A stretch of DNA of 64,000 nucleotides from the IMG/VR virus record IMGVR_UViG_3300048625_000299, positions 62,001 through 126,000 of that record. The stretch is one strand, 5' to 3'. The position numbers and the translations under genes are program-made. The number at the start of each line of letters is the position of its first letter. Position 1 is the first letter of the stretch. The notes below the pieces were generated by a model. That model did no database searches. It had not been told where the DNA came from and worked only from the letters and a program-made list of their open reading frames with translations. This document shows positions 19,973-29,725 of the stretch, one piece after another.

Positions 19973-20673
19973 AGAAAATTTTATCATGCCTCGCCCTGAT
20001 TGCATTAGTCGGTTGTTCATCGACCGGCGTTAAGATCGCAGAAGGCAACAAAACAATCGAAACTACCAAACCACCGACGGTCGATATGCCAGCATGGTAT
20101 CTCGAGGTGCCTCGTGAGGATGGTGCGATCTATGCAACAGCGACTGAGACATCCACAGACTTGCAGTTCAGTATCGACCGCGCATTGATGTCTGCTAAGC
20201 GTGAGATCGCATTTAAGCTCGAGAACGAAGTTTCTCAAAAGTTCCGCGACTACACTGCTGAGACTGGCAGTGGCGAATCTGAAACGATTACCAAGGACAC
20301 TGAGCGCTTGACAATTTCCAATTCGAAGTTCGTCAACCTCGTTGGAGTTGAACGTATGCGCACTCATGTTGTCCGTGAAGGCAACCGATATCGTGCATTC
20401 GTGATGGTTCGATATGGATTGGATGCATCGAACCGCATTCATGCAAACTATATGGCCAAGCATCGCCAGCGTGATGCGCGTGAGCGTCTGGACAAGTTCG
20501 AAGAAGAGCTGAAGAGCGATAGGGGCAATCCTCAGTCTAAAGCTGAGCCTGCCAAGGCCGATACCAGCACAACATTGATCGGTACACAAGTGCAGGATGC
20601 TGCAGTACGGGATAGGGTGCAACGCGTCTATAATGATCCTAATGCTGTCGTGATTCGTGATACGGTGCGCTAA
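19969..20673 (+). CDS. LPP20-like lipoprotein
   Basis: Lipobox LVGC; PAWY; ALMSAKREIA. Confidence 0.8.
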   Translation: MKKILSCLALIALVGCSSTGVKIAEGNKTIETTKPPTVDMPAWYLEVPREDGAIYATATETSTDLQFSIDRALMSAKREIAFKLENEVSQKFRDYTAETGSGESETITKDTERLTISNSKFVNLVGVERMRTHVVREGNRYRAFVMVRYGLDASNRIHANYMAKHRQRDARERLDKFEEELKSDRGNPQSKAEPAKADTSTTLIGTQVQDAAVRDRVQRVYNDPNAVVIRDTVR

Positions 20674-20950
20674 TGGTTAAAGAGTTCTACTTCTATTTGG
20701 ACGCGTGGTGGTACTGTAAAGAACACAAGATCAAACCAAGCACAATTCAACGATATGATTGGCGTCGATGGATTGTGGTGATACCAACCAAACGAAAGAA
20801 ACCAAATGCAAAACGGGTTTGAGGAATGGGCACATACCTGTATTACTGAGTTGGTAATCAATACAAACTTGACTACCAATCAGATTCGTGAATTGTTTTT
20901 GAATGCTTTTCCTGAGTATGAATATGTGATGGAAGAGGTCCTTATGGAGA

Positions 20951-21406
20951 ATGGCTATGCTTTGGGAAATTAAAACTGCTGAGAAAAAGAACGCATATCA
21001 ACGTACATACTATGATGTACCAGCTGGCCAGCCAGGCGCCGGTAAGCGATTCATCATGGATGAATGGTATCGTTGGGGTTGGTGTACTGTACGGACGGAT
21101 GTGGAGCCAAGAGCAGATGGCGACGACCCACATGAGAACCCACTTGACCTAGGCGATTTCGATCTCGAAGACAACAATATGGATGATGGTTGTTCTCTGT
21201 CATTTGAGTATCCTGAATCTGAGAATTGGACCGACGAAGAGATTGCATACATCGAAGGCCTGTGGGAACAAGATGGTTGGCTTGCGTTCGAAGAGAATGG
21301 CATTGAGGCTGGCGACTGTGATATTTTATATTACGGCCCTCTCGAAGTTACATGCATCGATGCAACCCCAGAACAACCAAAGGCCAAAGGCACTTGGCCA
21401 TTCTAA
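20951..21406 (+). CDS. acidic hypothetical protein
   Basis: 151-aa ORF with GGAG upstream. Confidence 0.7.
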   Translation: MAMLWEIKTAEKKNAYQRTYYDVPAGQPGAGKRFIMDEWYRWGWCTVRTDVEPRADGDDPHENPLDLGDFDLEDNNMDDGCSLSFEYPESENWTDEEIAYIEGLWEQDGWLAFEENGIEAGDCDILYYGPLEVTCIDATPEQPKAKGTWPF

Positions 21407-21423
21407 GTTTTTATTGTATAATC
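21395..21423 (+). promoter_or_regulatory. sigma70 promoter TTGGCC-17-TATAAT
   Basis: Perfect -10 with TG extension. Confidence 0.7.
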
Positions 21424-21446
21424 GTCGGATTGAATAAAGGAATGCA

Positions 21447-21983
21447 ATGATCGACGCAGTTTATGTTCTTGGTAAGATGGGCTTGAAGCCTGGTATGTCT
21501 GTTTCACGCGCAATCACGGCTGTCGGGATTGCAATTAATGACAGTTCCGACCAGTTGAAAGCAGCAAACCGAATCATTGTATCACTTGGTGCGAAGCCAG
21601 TCAGCAATACAATCATGGCCGACATCTTTGCCAAGGCATTAGTGGAACAGGCCGTTGTCCAAGGTGCTAGCTATGATGCTGACGATGCATTTGAGGTTGC
21701 GAATGCAAAGTATCTCAAAATCGAACGGACAATGCCATTCGTGTTCGCAGGTAGCGGTGAAAGCACCACGCCAGTATATGGCACGCCTGTTGGAAATGGT
21801 GGCACTAAGAAGCCAAAACAAACAAACGACAAGAAGACACAAGCTCTTGAAATTTTCAATCGCGAGACCAGTAAGGGGTTGCCTAATTCCACAATTGCGC
21901 AGACAATTGCTACTGAGTTAGAAATCACACTGTCCAACGCCCAATACTACGTCAATCGTGTATTCGTAAAGTACTCCAAATGA
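21447..21983 (+). CDS. protein with C-terminal HTH-like domain
   Basis: C-terminus paralogous to 16461-16625. Confidence 0.75.
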   Translation: MIDAVYVLGKMGLKPGMSVSRAITAVGIAINDSSDQLKAANRIIVSLGAKPVSNTIMADIFAKALVEQAVVQGASYDADDAFEVANAKYLKIERTMPFVFAGSGESTTPVYGTPVGNGGTKKPKQTNDKKTQALEIFNRETSKGLPNSTIAQTIATELEITLSNAQYYVNRVFVKYSK

Positions 21984-23320
21984 AAATTCTCAGCATCCTC
22001 GACACGTTGGCCAATGATAATGGCCGCAACTTCAAGATTGATTACTTGACAAAGCACAAGGACAATCTCCTGCTCACACAAGTAGTGTTCTTGGCACTTG
22101 ACACATACACACAATTCTTCATTCGCAAGATTCCTGCATATACACGTGGCCCTGACACTGCAAATCTGAAGTGGGCTCTTGATAAACTATGCGATCTTTC
22201 TTCTCGTACTGTGACAGGCAATGCTGCAATCGCTCATCTTGTGAAGATCTTGGAATCTCTTGAACCAGATGATGCTCAGGTAGTTGAGCGCATCATTGAA
22301 AAAGACTTGAAGTGTGGTGTGGCAGCTTCGACCGTCAATAAGGTATGGCCTAATTTGGTCCACGAATACCCATGCATGCTTGCTAGTCCGTATGAGGAAA
22401 AGCTGGTCAACAAGATTCAATTTCCAGCATACGCGCAATTGAAAATGGACGGGATGCGATTCAATGCCATCGTCAAAAATGGCAAATGTGAGTTCCGCAG
22501 TCGTAATGGTAAATTGATCGACATCCCGTCCGACCTATTCCAACAACCATTCCTCAACATGCATGAGTACTGGGGCACCGATATGGTGTTCGATGGTGAG
22601 TTGCTTGTTGTCGATGTCGCTGGCAAGCCGCTCGATCGCAAGACTGGCAACGGCATCTTGAACAAAGCTGTTAAGGGCACAATGTCTGAGGAAGAAGCTG
22701 TTAATGTTCGTGCAACATTGTGGGACGCACTTCCGGTTGAGAATTTTGCGGTTGGCGTATACAAAGAACAGTACATCGATCGTATTGCTAAGCTATCTAA
22801 TGCGTTGTCACATATGCGTAATCAAACGCCTTTTGGTCACTTGGTTGCTCTAGTGAACCACACAGAAGTTCGTACTCCCGAAGATGCTTCACGTCTATTC
22901 CTCCAGTACCTCAAAAAGGGCGAGGAAGGAATCATCTTGAAAGATCGTTTTGGTATTTGGGAAGATAAGCGTGCCAAGCACCAGATCAAATACAAGGGCG
23001 TGTTTGAGTGCGATTTGGTCTGTGTTGGATGGGATGAGGGTACCGGTCAGAACGTAGGTCGCCTTGGTGCATTGCAGCTGGCTTCGTCATGTGGCAAGCT
23101 GACTGTCGGTGTTGGTACTGGTCTTACCGAAGAAGACCGAATCAATATCGGACGTGATGTAATCGGTAAAGTTGTTGCTGTTGAATTCAACGCAATCATC
23201 GACGATAAGAAAAAGGACACTAAGTCGCTATTTCTTCCGGTGTTTATATGTGTGCGACCGGATAAGGACGAAGCAGACTCACTCACGACTATCGAGAGTA
23301 GTGTAGTAAAACTCCTTTGA
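21980..23320 (+). CDS. ATP-dependent DNA ligase (T4 gp30-like)
   Basis: QLKMDGMR, FDGEL, EGIILK, QIKYK, LFLPVF. Confidence 0.96.
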   Translation: MKILSILDTLANDNGRNFKIDYLTKHKDNLLLTQVVFLALDTYTQFFIRKIPAYTRGPDTANLKWALDKLCDLSSRTVTGNAAIAHLVKILESLEPDDAQVVERIIEKDLKCGVAASTVNKVWPNLVHEYPCMLASPYEEKLVNKIQFPAYAQLKMDGMRFNAIVKNGKCEFRSRNGKLIDIPSDLFQQPFLNMHEYWGTDMVFDGELLVVDVAGKPLDRKTGNGILNKAVKGTMSEEEAVNVRATLWDALPVENFAVGVYKEQYIDRIAKLSNALSHMRNQTPFGHLVALVNHTEVRTPEDASRLFLQYLKKGEEGIILKDRFGIWEDKRAKHQIKYKGVFECDLVCVGWDEGTGQNVGRLGALQLASSCGKLTVGVGTGLTEEDRINIGRDVIGKVVAVEFNAIIDDKKKDTKSLFLPVFICVRPDKDEADSLTTIESSVVKLL

Positions 23321-23944
23321 TCTAGTCTTGAGCCAGTAGTTCATGGTACCATGCACCACACCATAGTCAATCGCAGCCGATTTTACTGAGGGATATTTGC
23401 CGCGCGGGGTCATTATAGGGCGACGCTTCTTTAAGCCTTCTGATCTAATGTCGTGTCTTGTGAAGGCCTTGGACGATTTCCGCTTAGCCCATGGTTTTGA
23501 AGGGTCCTTCATCCAATTGTGGATTGTTGTTATGTCGACGCCATAATGTTTGGCTGCAGCTTTGCGAGATTCGAACACGATACCATCTGGCGAGATGAGT
23601 TGTTTTACTGGACCTCTACTACCTAACGCATACCGATTGCCAATTGCTGTTGGTGGCTTAGTTCCACCTTTGTTGATATTCCAACCGATGCATGGATGCG
23701 GCCTTAGCTGCTCCTCAAACGCATAGCATTCGTGTTCTGGTCCTTCTTTGATATACTCTATAATGAGGTCTTCGTCGATATTATATGCTCGTTGAAAGTG
23801 AAGGTTGTCATGCTTGCCATTGCGTAGCTTAGTTTTGTGGTTTGCAATCCGTCTGGTTGGATTGTTCGTTACGCCAATATACCCCTCCGTCATAAAATCT
23901 GACATATTGGTGTGGCGTATCCAGTATACGTAGTGGTTTGTCAT
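23279..23944 (-). mobile_element. free-standing GIY-YIG (Seg-like) homing endonuclease with two NUMOD1-like HTH repeats
   Basis: YVYWIR...GYIGVT, GWNINKGG; AAGGAG SD; TATAAATA late promoter at 23963-23970. Confidence 0.88.
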
Positions 23945-23974
23945 TGCAGTTCTCCTTGTGAATATTTATAAAAC

Positions 23975-24049
23975 ATAGAAGTGCGAGAAGACAAGACCAC
24001 TGCTGATGCGCTAGAAGACATCCAAACATTCAGTCCAAAGATGTTGTAA
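23975..24049 (+). pseudogene. stranded duplicate of the ligase C-terminus (IEVREDKTTADALEDIQTFSPKML*)
   Basis: 11/24 ungapped identity to the current ligase tail, same distance to stop. Confidence 0.8.
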
Positions 24050-24071
24050 TATTTCGTTTTTGTGGTATAAT
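24044..24071 (+). promoter_or_regulatory. sigma70 promoter TTGTAA-16-TATAAT with extended TG
   Basis: Perfect -10. Confidence 0.65.
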
Positions 24072-24094
24072 AATCACATCGAAAGGAAAACGCA

Positions 24095-24595
24095 ATGTCT
24101 CATACACTGTTTAAAGTCTCTGGTCCAAACACGAAGCTCGTATACTACGGCTATGCAAAAACCGGAAACGAACAAGCAACGTTCATGGGTGGTTGTTTGC
24201 GTACAGACAATGAAAAGCGTGGCGATGCTCGTTTGCTCGAAGCGAATGATAATGATGCTGCGTCTTTGGAATTCACCATGCTCTGTGAGTATGAGGAAGA
24301 ATTCGAAGCGTGGACTGCTCGCAACGACAATCGTGCTGCTGATGCATGTTCGATCACTGGTCCAACAATGTTTCCAATCGAAAGCGCTCGCCGTGCCGCC
24401 AAAGAGTTCCCAGAAGTACTCAGCGCTTGGAAGCTTCGCATGAAACAAAAGGAAGCGAAGACTGCGTTGGAAGCATACCAGCTTGGCGCATATACGTTCC
24501 CTCAAATCAAAGAGTTGAACGCAAAGCATGCTGGTGTGATGAAGCAAATGGAAGTACTGACTCCATTGGAATTTGCGAATCTCTATGGGATTTAA
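24095..24595 (+). CDS. hypothetical protein, possibly a degenerate GIY-YIG fold
   Basis: TLFKVSGPNTKLVYYGYA resembles the GIY-YIG hairpin; AAAGGA SD. Confidence 0.65.
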   Translation: MSHTLFKVSGPNTKLVYYGYAKTGNEQATFMGGCLRTDNEKRGDARLLEANDNDAASLEFTMLCEYEEEFEAWTARNDNRAADACSITGPTMFPIESARRAAKEFPEVLSAWKLRMKQKEAKTALEAYQLGAYTFPQIKELNAKHAGVMKQMEVLTPLEFANLYGI

Positions 24596-24719
24596 GGAAT
24601 GGTTGGAGTCGCTACAGCCACGCAGAGAACATACGTCAGGCGAAGATCTGGCGGACTCTATCGCGTTGTTTGTGATATGTGGTCTGCTGTATTTGTGTAT
24701 ATTTCTATAAGGAATCTGT

Positions 24720-25329
24720 ATGTCAGGATGGCGTAAGAATCAAATCGCTGATCAAGTCAATAAGGACAATGTTGTTGACCTCGGCGCGGTGCTGAGAGCG
24801 AAGCTTGAGAAGGCTATTGAGGATGAGGAACGCAAGAAGAAGATCCTTCGTCCAAAATACATGACCAAACAACAGATCATGGATATGCACCCCCTTGATG
24901 TGTATATGAATATACGCAGTGGTGAGTGGGCAATTGAAGATTTTGTTGCTTGGGTTGTTGTTTGTGAAAATGCCGCATACATCGCCGGCGCAGAGGATAC
25001 ATTATGAAAACATTCATCATCGGTACAGTGTTTGGGATTGTTCTAACTACTGTTGGATTTTCTGGTCTCGCTCGAATCTTCGACAATGGTGTCGTTAAAG
25101 TCCAACAAGTAACTAAAGAAGCTGCACAATGAAATCTGGAATTGACCTTGAACTGAGCCTGGAACAGACGGGCGTAGTTGTTGTGGAAGAGTTGAAAGTG
25201 ACTGTTGAAATCAACAGCACATATGAAGACCAACGATCGAAGGATATCGTCAAAGCAGCTGAGCTGTTGCTCAGCTATTATATGGCGCCAGACGAACACC
25301 GAAAGTACTTGGAACAAAAATCCAGTTGA
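24720..25329 (+). other. small hypothetical ORFs (24720-25007, a short TM ORF, 25129-25329)
   Basis: Coupled co-oriented ORFs. Confidence 0.55.
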
Positions 25330-25410
25330 CTTCGTAGCACGGACCCTATATAATTAACCCACTGCTAAAGATAGACTTTAGCAGGCCAACTATTCAAAGG
25401 AGCTTTGAAT
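25326..25410 (+). promoter_or_regulatory. sigma70 promoter TTGACT-17-TATAAT plus two-hairpin leader (GATAGAC-loop hairpin; SD/AUG hairpin)
   Basis: CTGCTAAAG-ATAGA-CTTTAGCAG; ATTCAAAG-GAG-CTTTGAAT. Confidence 0.85.
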
Positions 25411-26428
25411 GTCAAAAAAATACGACACTCTCGTCCTCATCGGACGCTTTCAACCGTTTCATAACGCTCACCTTGAGATCATCAAGCGTAGCACTGCGCT
25501 CTGTAATAAACTGATTGTTATTACGGGCAGCGCAAAACAGCCTCGCACATACAAGAATCCGTTCACCAGCTTTGAACGCGAGATGATGATCAAGCGTGCG
25601 ACTGCAGGTCTCGCATTGACTATCAATGTCGTCGAAAACATCGACACAATCTACAACGACCAAGCCTGGGCTGTCCGGATACAATCCATCGTGAACACAT
25701 TGGCATGCGACGGTGATAAGATCGGCATCATCGGCCACAAGAAAGATGACAGCTCATTCTACTTGGATATGTTTCCGCAATGGGGATATGAGAACGTCGA
25801 AGAGATTGCACCGCTGAGTGCTGTCAATATTCGCGACCTGTACTTCAAGCGCAACTGTAATCTCGAATTCATTCGCGGGGTGGTACCTCAAACTACTTTC
25901 GAAATCTTGCTGGACTTCAAGCAAAGCGAAGAGTATGAACAAATCATCCGTGAGCGCGAGTTCGTAGAGAACTACAAAAAGCAGTACGCATCGCTTCCAT
26001 ATCCTCCAATCTTCAGTACTGCTGATGCTGTAGTGATCCAATCCGGCCATGTGCTGATGATTCGTCGTCGTGCTGAGCCAGGCAAAGGGTTGTGGGCGCT
26101 TCCCGGCGGATATGTGAACGCAAATACCGACAAGTCTGTTGAAGCTGCAATGCTCCGAGAGCTCCGCGAAGAAACAAAGATCAAAGTTCCCGAGCCAGTC
26201 CTGCGTGGTAATATCGTTCGCAGTAAGGTGTTCGATGCTGTCGATCGTAGTCCTCGTGGCCGCATTATCACTCATGCATTCCACATTCAGTTGCCAGACG
26301 GCGAGCTGCCAAAGGTCAAAGGATCTGATGATGCTGAAAAGGCACGTTGGGTTCCGATTGCTGAAGTGAAGAGCGAAGACTGCTTCGAAGACCACTTTGA
26401 AATTCTCCAACACTTTTTGGGAGCTTAA
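25409..26428 (+). CDS. natV: bifunctional NMN adenylyltransferase / ADP-ribose Nudix hydrolase (NadM-Nudix, NatV-like)
   Basis: GRFQPFHNAH, KNPFT, Nudix box GG...RELREET, GSDDA. Confidence 0.95.
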   Translation: MSKKYDTLVLIGRFQPFHNAHLEIIKRSTALCNKLIVITGSAKQPRTYKNPFTSFEREMMIKRATAGLALTINVVENIDTIYNDQAWAVRIQSIVNTLACDGDKIGIIGHKKDDSSFYLDMFPQWGYENVEEIAPLSAVNIRDLYFKRNCNLEFIRGVVPQTTFEILLDFKQSEEYEQIIREREFVENYKKQYASLPYPPIFSTADAVVIQSGHVLMIRRRAEPGKGLWALPGGYVNANTDKSVEAAMLRELREETKIKVPEPVLRGNIVRSKVFDAVDRSPRGRIITHAFHIQLPDGELPKVKGSDDAEKARWVPIAEVKSEDCFEDHFEILQHFLGA

Positions 26429-26748
26429 AATGTCAGACGGACTAGATCGTTCGGGGCTAGAATGGTTCAATGAACGTGGCTATTGGGTAATCCGAAAGGT
26501 CCCCAATACCAAAGACCAATTCTATGTTGCTAGTACAGCAATTCCACCAGACAATGTTCTGAAAATTTATGGGATATTGTGATGGGATGGACTGACTGGA
26601 ATTGGATTAACGTTGCGCTTGTCTTCGTGAATGGAGCAGTAGCGTATGATTGTTTCGCTGATAAGGACGTCGATCGTTCTTTCGGTGGTTGGGTGAACGT
26701 GGTTGCTAGTTCTATGAACACTGCAATGATTGCAATAAAGGTTTTGTA

Positions 26749-26943
26749 ATGGTACGAATTATCGATGCAACACCACATCAGAGTGTGGTCAAAAAGAAGG
26801 TCTGCCGTCACTGTGGCGTGACGTTGGAGTATGTTCCTAACGACATTCAAGAACGACGAGTTACTGATTATGATGGCAGTAGCGAGCTGATCAAGTACAT
26901 CGAGTGTCCTGCTTGCAAAACACACGTTGATGTGAGGTACTAA
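26749..26943 (+). CDS. small zinc-ribbon protein
   Basis: CRHCG...CPAC. Confidence 0.7.
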   Translation: MVRIIDATPHQSVVKKKVCRHCGVTLEYVPNDIQERRVTDYDGSSELIKYIECPACKTHVDVRY

Positions 26944-26944
26944 T

Positions 26945-27889
26945 ATGTGGAAAAATGTAAACGTCTTTGAAGATGAAAAAGAGCACGTTAAGAAGTATGT
27001 TTTCGAGAAAGATGACATCGCTATCGAGTCCGTTCTTTATCGTTATCCTACTTACGATGAACGCACTGTTCTCTGCATTAGTACCATGTGCGGATGTCCA
27101 ATGGGCTGTCGCTTTTGTGGAACTGGTGATTATTTTGTTCGTAGCCTTACTGCGGATGAAATTGTAGGCCAAGCTGAATACATCCTCGAAACACAAATCG
27201 GCGGACTGAATCCTCGTGACATCAAGAAGTTGCAGATCATGGTGATGAGTATGGGCGAGCCTGCTTTGAACAAAGCTCTGGAAGAAGCATTCGATCGTCT
27301 GTATGCAAAGTACCCAAATGCAGCACTGCTGATTAGCTCAAGCGGTCCTAAGGTTAGCTACCAATGGATCATCGAAATGAGCAAGCGGATTCCGACTGTC
27401 GGTTTGCAATTCAGCATTCACGAGAGTACAGACGAAGCACGCGACAAGTTGATTCCATTCGATAAGAAGTTGAACCTGCAAGAGATTGCTGATGTTGGCG
27501 TTCGCTGGCACTTGGATACTGGCCGTAAGCCATATTTCAACTATTGCGCTCACGAGGGCAACGATAAAGATGAGGACGTCCAACGACTACTCAAGTTGTA
27601 CCATCCACGCATCTGGGAAGCGACTGTCTCTGTCATTTGTGAACGCGATGCTCATGCAGAAGCAACGAACGACAAGCAACGCAACTTGGCTATTGAATTT
27701 GGTAACAAGCTGCTTGCTGAAGGTTACAACGTCCGTGTGTTCGATCCGGCTGGTCAGGATACAATCGGTGGTGGTTGTGGTCAGTTGTGGTATGTTCAAG
27801 ACTGGATGAAGGACCATCCAGAGCACGTCAAGCCATCTGTTGGTTGTGGTATGCAAAAGGTCCACACACCAAAAGAATGGAACGTATGA
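26945..27889 (+). CDS. RlmN/Cfr-family radical SAM methyltransferase, N-terminally shortened
   Basis: LCISTMCGCPMGCRFCGTG, MSMGEP, FSIH, GQDTIGGGCGQL. Confidence 0.9.
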   Translation: MWKNVNVFEDEKEHVKKYVFEKDDIAIESVLYRYPTYDERTVLCISTMCGCPMGCRFCGTGDYFVRSLTADEIVGQAEYILETQIGGLNPRDIKKLQIMVMSMGEPALNKALEEAFDRLYAKYPNAALLISSSGPKVSYQWIIEMSKRIPTVGLQFSIHESTDEARDKLIPFDKKLNLQEIADVGVRWHLDTGRKPYFNYCAHEGNDKDEDVQRLLKLYHPRIWEATVSVICERDAHAEATNDKQRNLAIEFGNKLLAEGYNVRVFDPAGQDTIGGGCGQLWYVQDWMKDHPEHVKPSVGCGMQKVHTPKEWNV

Positions 27890-28677
27890 AGTTTTTGATC
27901 CAATACAATCTAATGGCAGAGTCGCAACTCGAAGCAGTTAAGTCTGCAGCTCTGCCATATCCTCACCAGTATGTTGGAGTGATTCCGTTTTCAAATGAGA
28001 TCACCGCAGCAGAGGGTGAAGAGATTGTTGGTACCGATTACATTCCATATGGGTCAACGCTGATGTCGACGATTGGCCTAGATTTGGGATGGAAGGGATT
28101 GCACTTCGATCTCGAACAGTTCAATTACGAAGCTGCAGTCGCCAATCGGGATGATATGCTGAATGATGGCGATATTATGACTGTCGAAGAGACTATCGAT
28201 TTCATGCGCGCCAGCACTCAAGAACAATGGTTCATCCGTCCTTCACTCGATCTGAAGCATTTTGCTGGGCAGGTAATCGAACGCATAGAGTGTGTGAAGT
28301 GGTTAACACAAGCACTCGGTTGTTCATCATCTGAGACGAAACGGATGTACAAAGACATGAAGATTGTCGTTGCAACACCACAAAACATTCAAGCCGAATG
28401 GCGTTGGTTTGTGGTCGGAGGCAAAGTGGTCGATGGGTCAATGTACCGCTCACATGGTCAATTGATCAAGCTGCATGAGACTGATCCAAAAGTAATCGCT
28501 GAAGCACAAACGTTTGCTGATAAGTGGTTGCCAAACCAAAACGTCGTGATGGACTTGGCGCTTGTCGATGATGAATTGAAGGTAATTGAATTCAACTGTA
28601 TCAACTGCAGTGGGTTCTACAATCACGATGTTCGTAAAATATTTGATGCACTGTATATGGAGAGTACAAAATGCTAA
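27886..28677 (+). CDS. ATP-grasp protein (R2K/DUF4343-like)
   Basis: FIRP...KHFAG, EWRWFVV, MDLA, IEFNCINCSGFY. Confidence 0.82.
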   Translation: MKFLIQYNLMAESQLEAVKSAALPYPHQYVGVIPFSNEITAAEGEEIVGTDYIPYGSTLMSTIGLDLGWKGLHFDLEQFNYEAAVANRDDMLNDGDIMTVEETIDFMRASTQEQWFIRPSLDLKHFAGQVIERIECVKWLTQALGCSSSETKRMYKDMKIVVATPQNIQAEWRWFVVGGKVVDGSMYRSHGQLIKLHETDPKVIAEAQTFADKWLPNQNVVMDLALVDDELKVIEFNCINCSGFYNHDVRKIFDALYMESTKC

Positions 28678-29156
28678 AGCATGTAAAAGGCAACTTACTC
28701 GATCTAGCTGAGGCTGGTCATTTTGATGTGGTTGTTCAAGGCTGCAATTGCTTCAACGCAATGGGCGGAGGGATCGCACGTGAGATTCGCGAGCGCTATC
28801 CAGTAGCCGCGGCCGCTGACAATAAGACTGTTAAGGGCGATTACAATAAGCTGGGCAATTGGACCAGCTGCCCAATAATTGTCGGAGACTTGGGCTATGT
28901 TTCTAGCTTCGTTATCATCAACGCATACACTCAATATAATATGAGCACTGGTCAAGATGTGTTCGAGTATGCAGCGTTTGAGCTGATCCTCCAAAAGCTA
29001 CTCTACACGTATGGAGATAAGCGAATTGGATTTCCGTTCATTGGTATGGGCCTTGCCCGTGGTGATAAGCAACGAATCATCGGAATGCTTGAATGGTTTG
29101 CAGATGAAATTGAGAAGCGTGGCGGTAGTGCAACGCTAGTGGAATTCCAGCCATGA
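28671..29156 (+). CDS. macrodomain ADP-ribose processing protein
   Basis: GNLL, GCNCFNAMGGGIA, NAYTQ, PFIGMGLARG. Confidence 0.9.
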   Translation: MLKHVKGNLLDLAEAGHFDVVVQGCNCFNAMGGGIAREIRERYPVAAAADNKTVKGDYNKLGNWTSCPIIVGDLGYVSSFVIINAYTQYNMSTGQDVFEYAAFELILQKLLYTYGDKRIGFPFIGMGLARGDKQRIIGMLEWFADEIEKRGGSATLVEFQP

Positions 29157-29650
29157 ACATAGTCAAGTCCCCAAACGAGTATACCACTCGCAATAAATTC
29201 TCAATCTTCCTTGCTGGATCAATTGAGATGGGCATGGCGGTAGATTGGCAACAATCGATCGCTGATGCGTTGTATGGCATTGATGGAATACAGCTACTGA
29301 ACCCACGTCGTGATGATTGGGATTCTAGCTGGGCACAAACGATCGAGAATCCACAATTTGCTGAGCAAGTAAGATGGGAGCTGACAGCACTCGAACGATC
29401 TGATTTGATCATCTACTACTTTGCACCAGGCACACAAAGTCCAATCTCGTTGCTTGAGCTGGGACTCTATGCAAACCATACAAAGAACATCTGGGTGTGT
29501 TGTCCAGAAGGATTCTGGCGTAAGGGCAATATCGAGATCGTCTGCCAACGATACATGATTCCATTCTTTGATGATTTAGATCACATGGTGGACGATCTGA
29601 GGTACTATCTTCCGATTTGGACGGAAGATGGATATGAGCAGTTGACATAA
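29153..29650 (+). CDS. nucleoside 2-deoxyribosyltransferase-like protein
   Basis: IFLAGSI, NPRR, QVRWE, SPISLLELG. Confidence 0.88.
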   Translation: MNIVKSPNEYTTRNKFSIFLAGSIEMGMAVDWQQSIADALYGIDGIQLLNPRRDDWDSSWAQTIENPQFAEQVRWELTALERSDLIIYYFAPGTQSPISLLELGLYANHTKNIWVCCPEGFWRKGNIEIVCQRYMIPFFDDLDHMVDDLRYYLPIWTEDGYEQLT

Positions 29651-29725
29651 CAATGGGGTTATGCTATACTGTAATCAAGCCCTCGCGATAGACGTGAGGC
29701 ATTTTAACTGTTAAGGAGATTAACA
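29642..29725 (+). promoter_or_regulatory. sigma70 promoter TTGACA-17-TATACT plus the same two-hairpin leader
   Basis: CCTCGCG-ATAGA-CGTGAGG; TGTTAA-GGAGA-TTAACA. Confidence 0.85.

Noticed and set aside
23279-24049. Group I intron in the ligase gene
   Set aside because: The insert is almost entirely endonuclease ORF, leaving no room for a ribozyme core; the ligase already has a complete in-frame tail
25754-26470. Long minus-strand ORFs (also 20017-20622, 30561-31133, 42316-42966, 48472-49080)
   Set aside because: Antisense shadows of well-supported + strand genes, with no motifs or RBS
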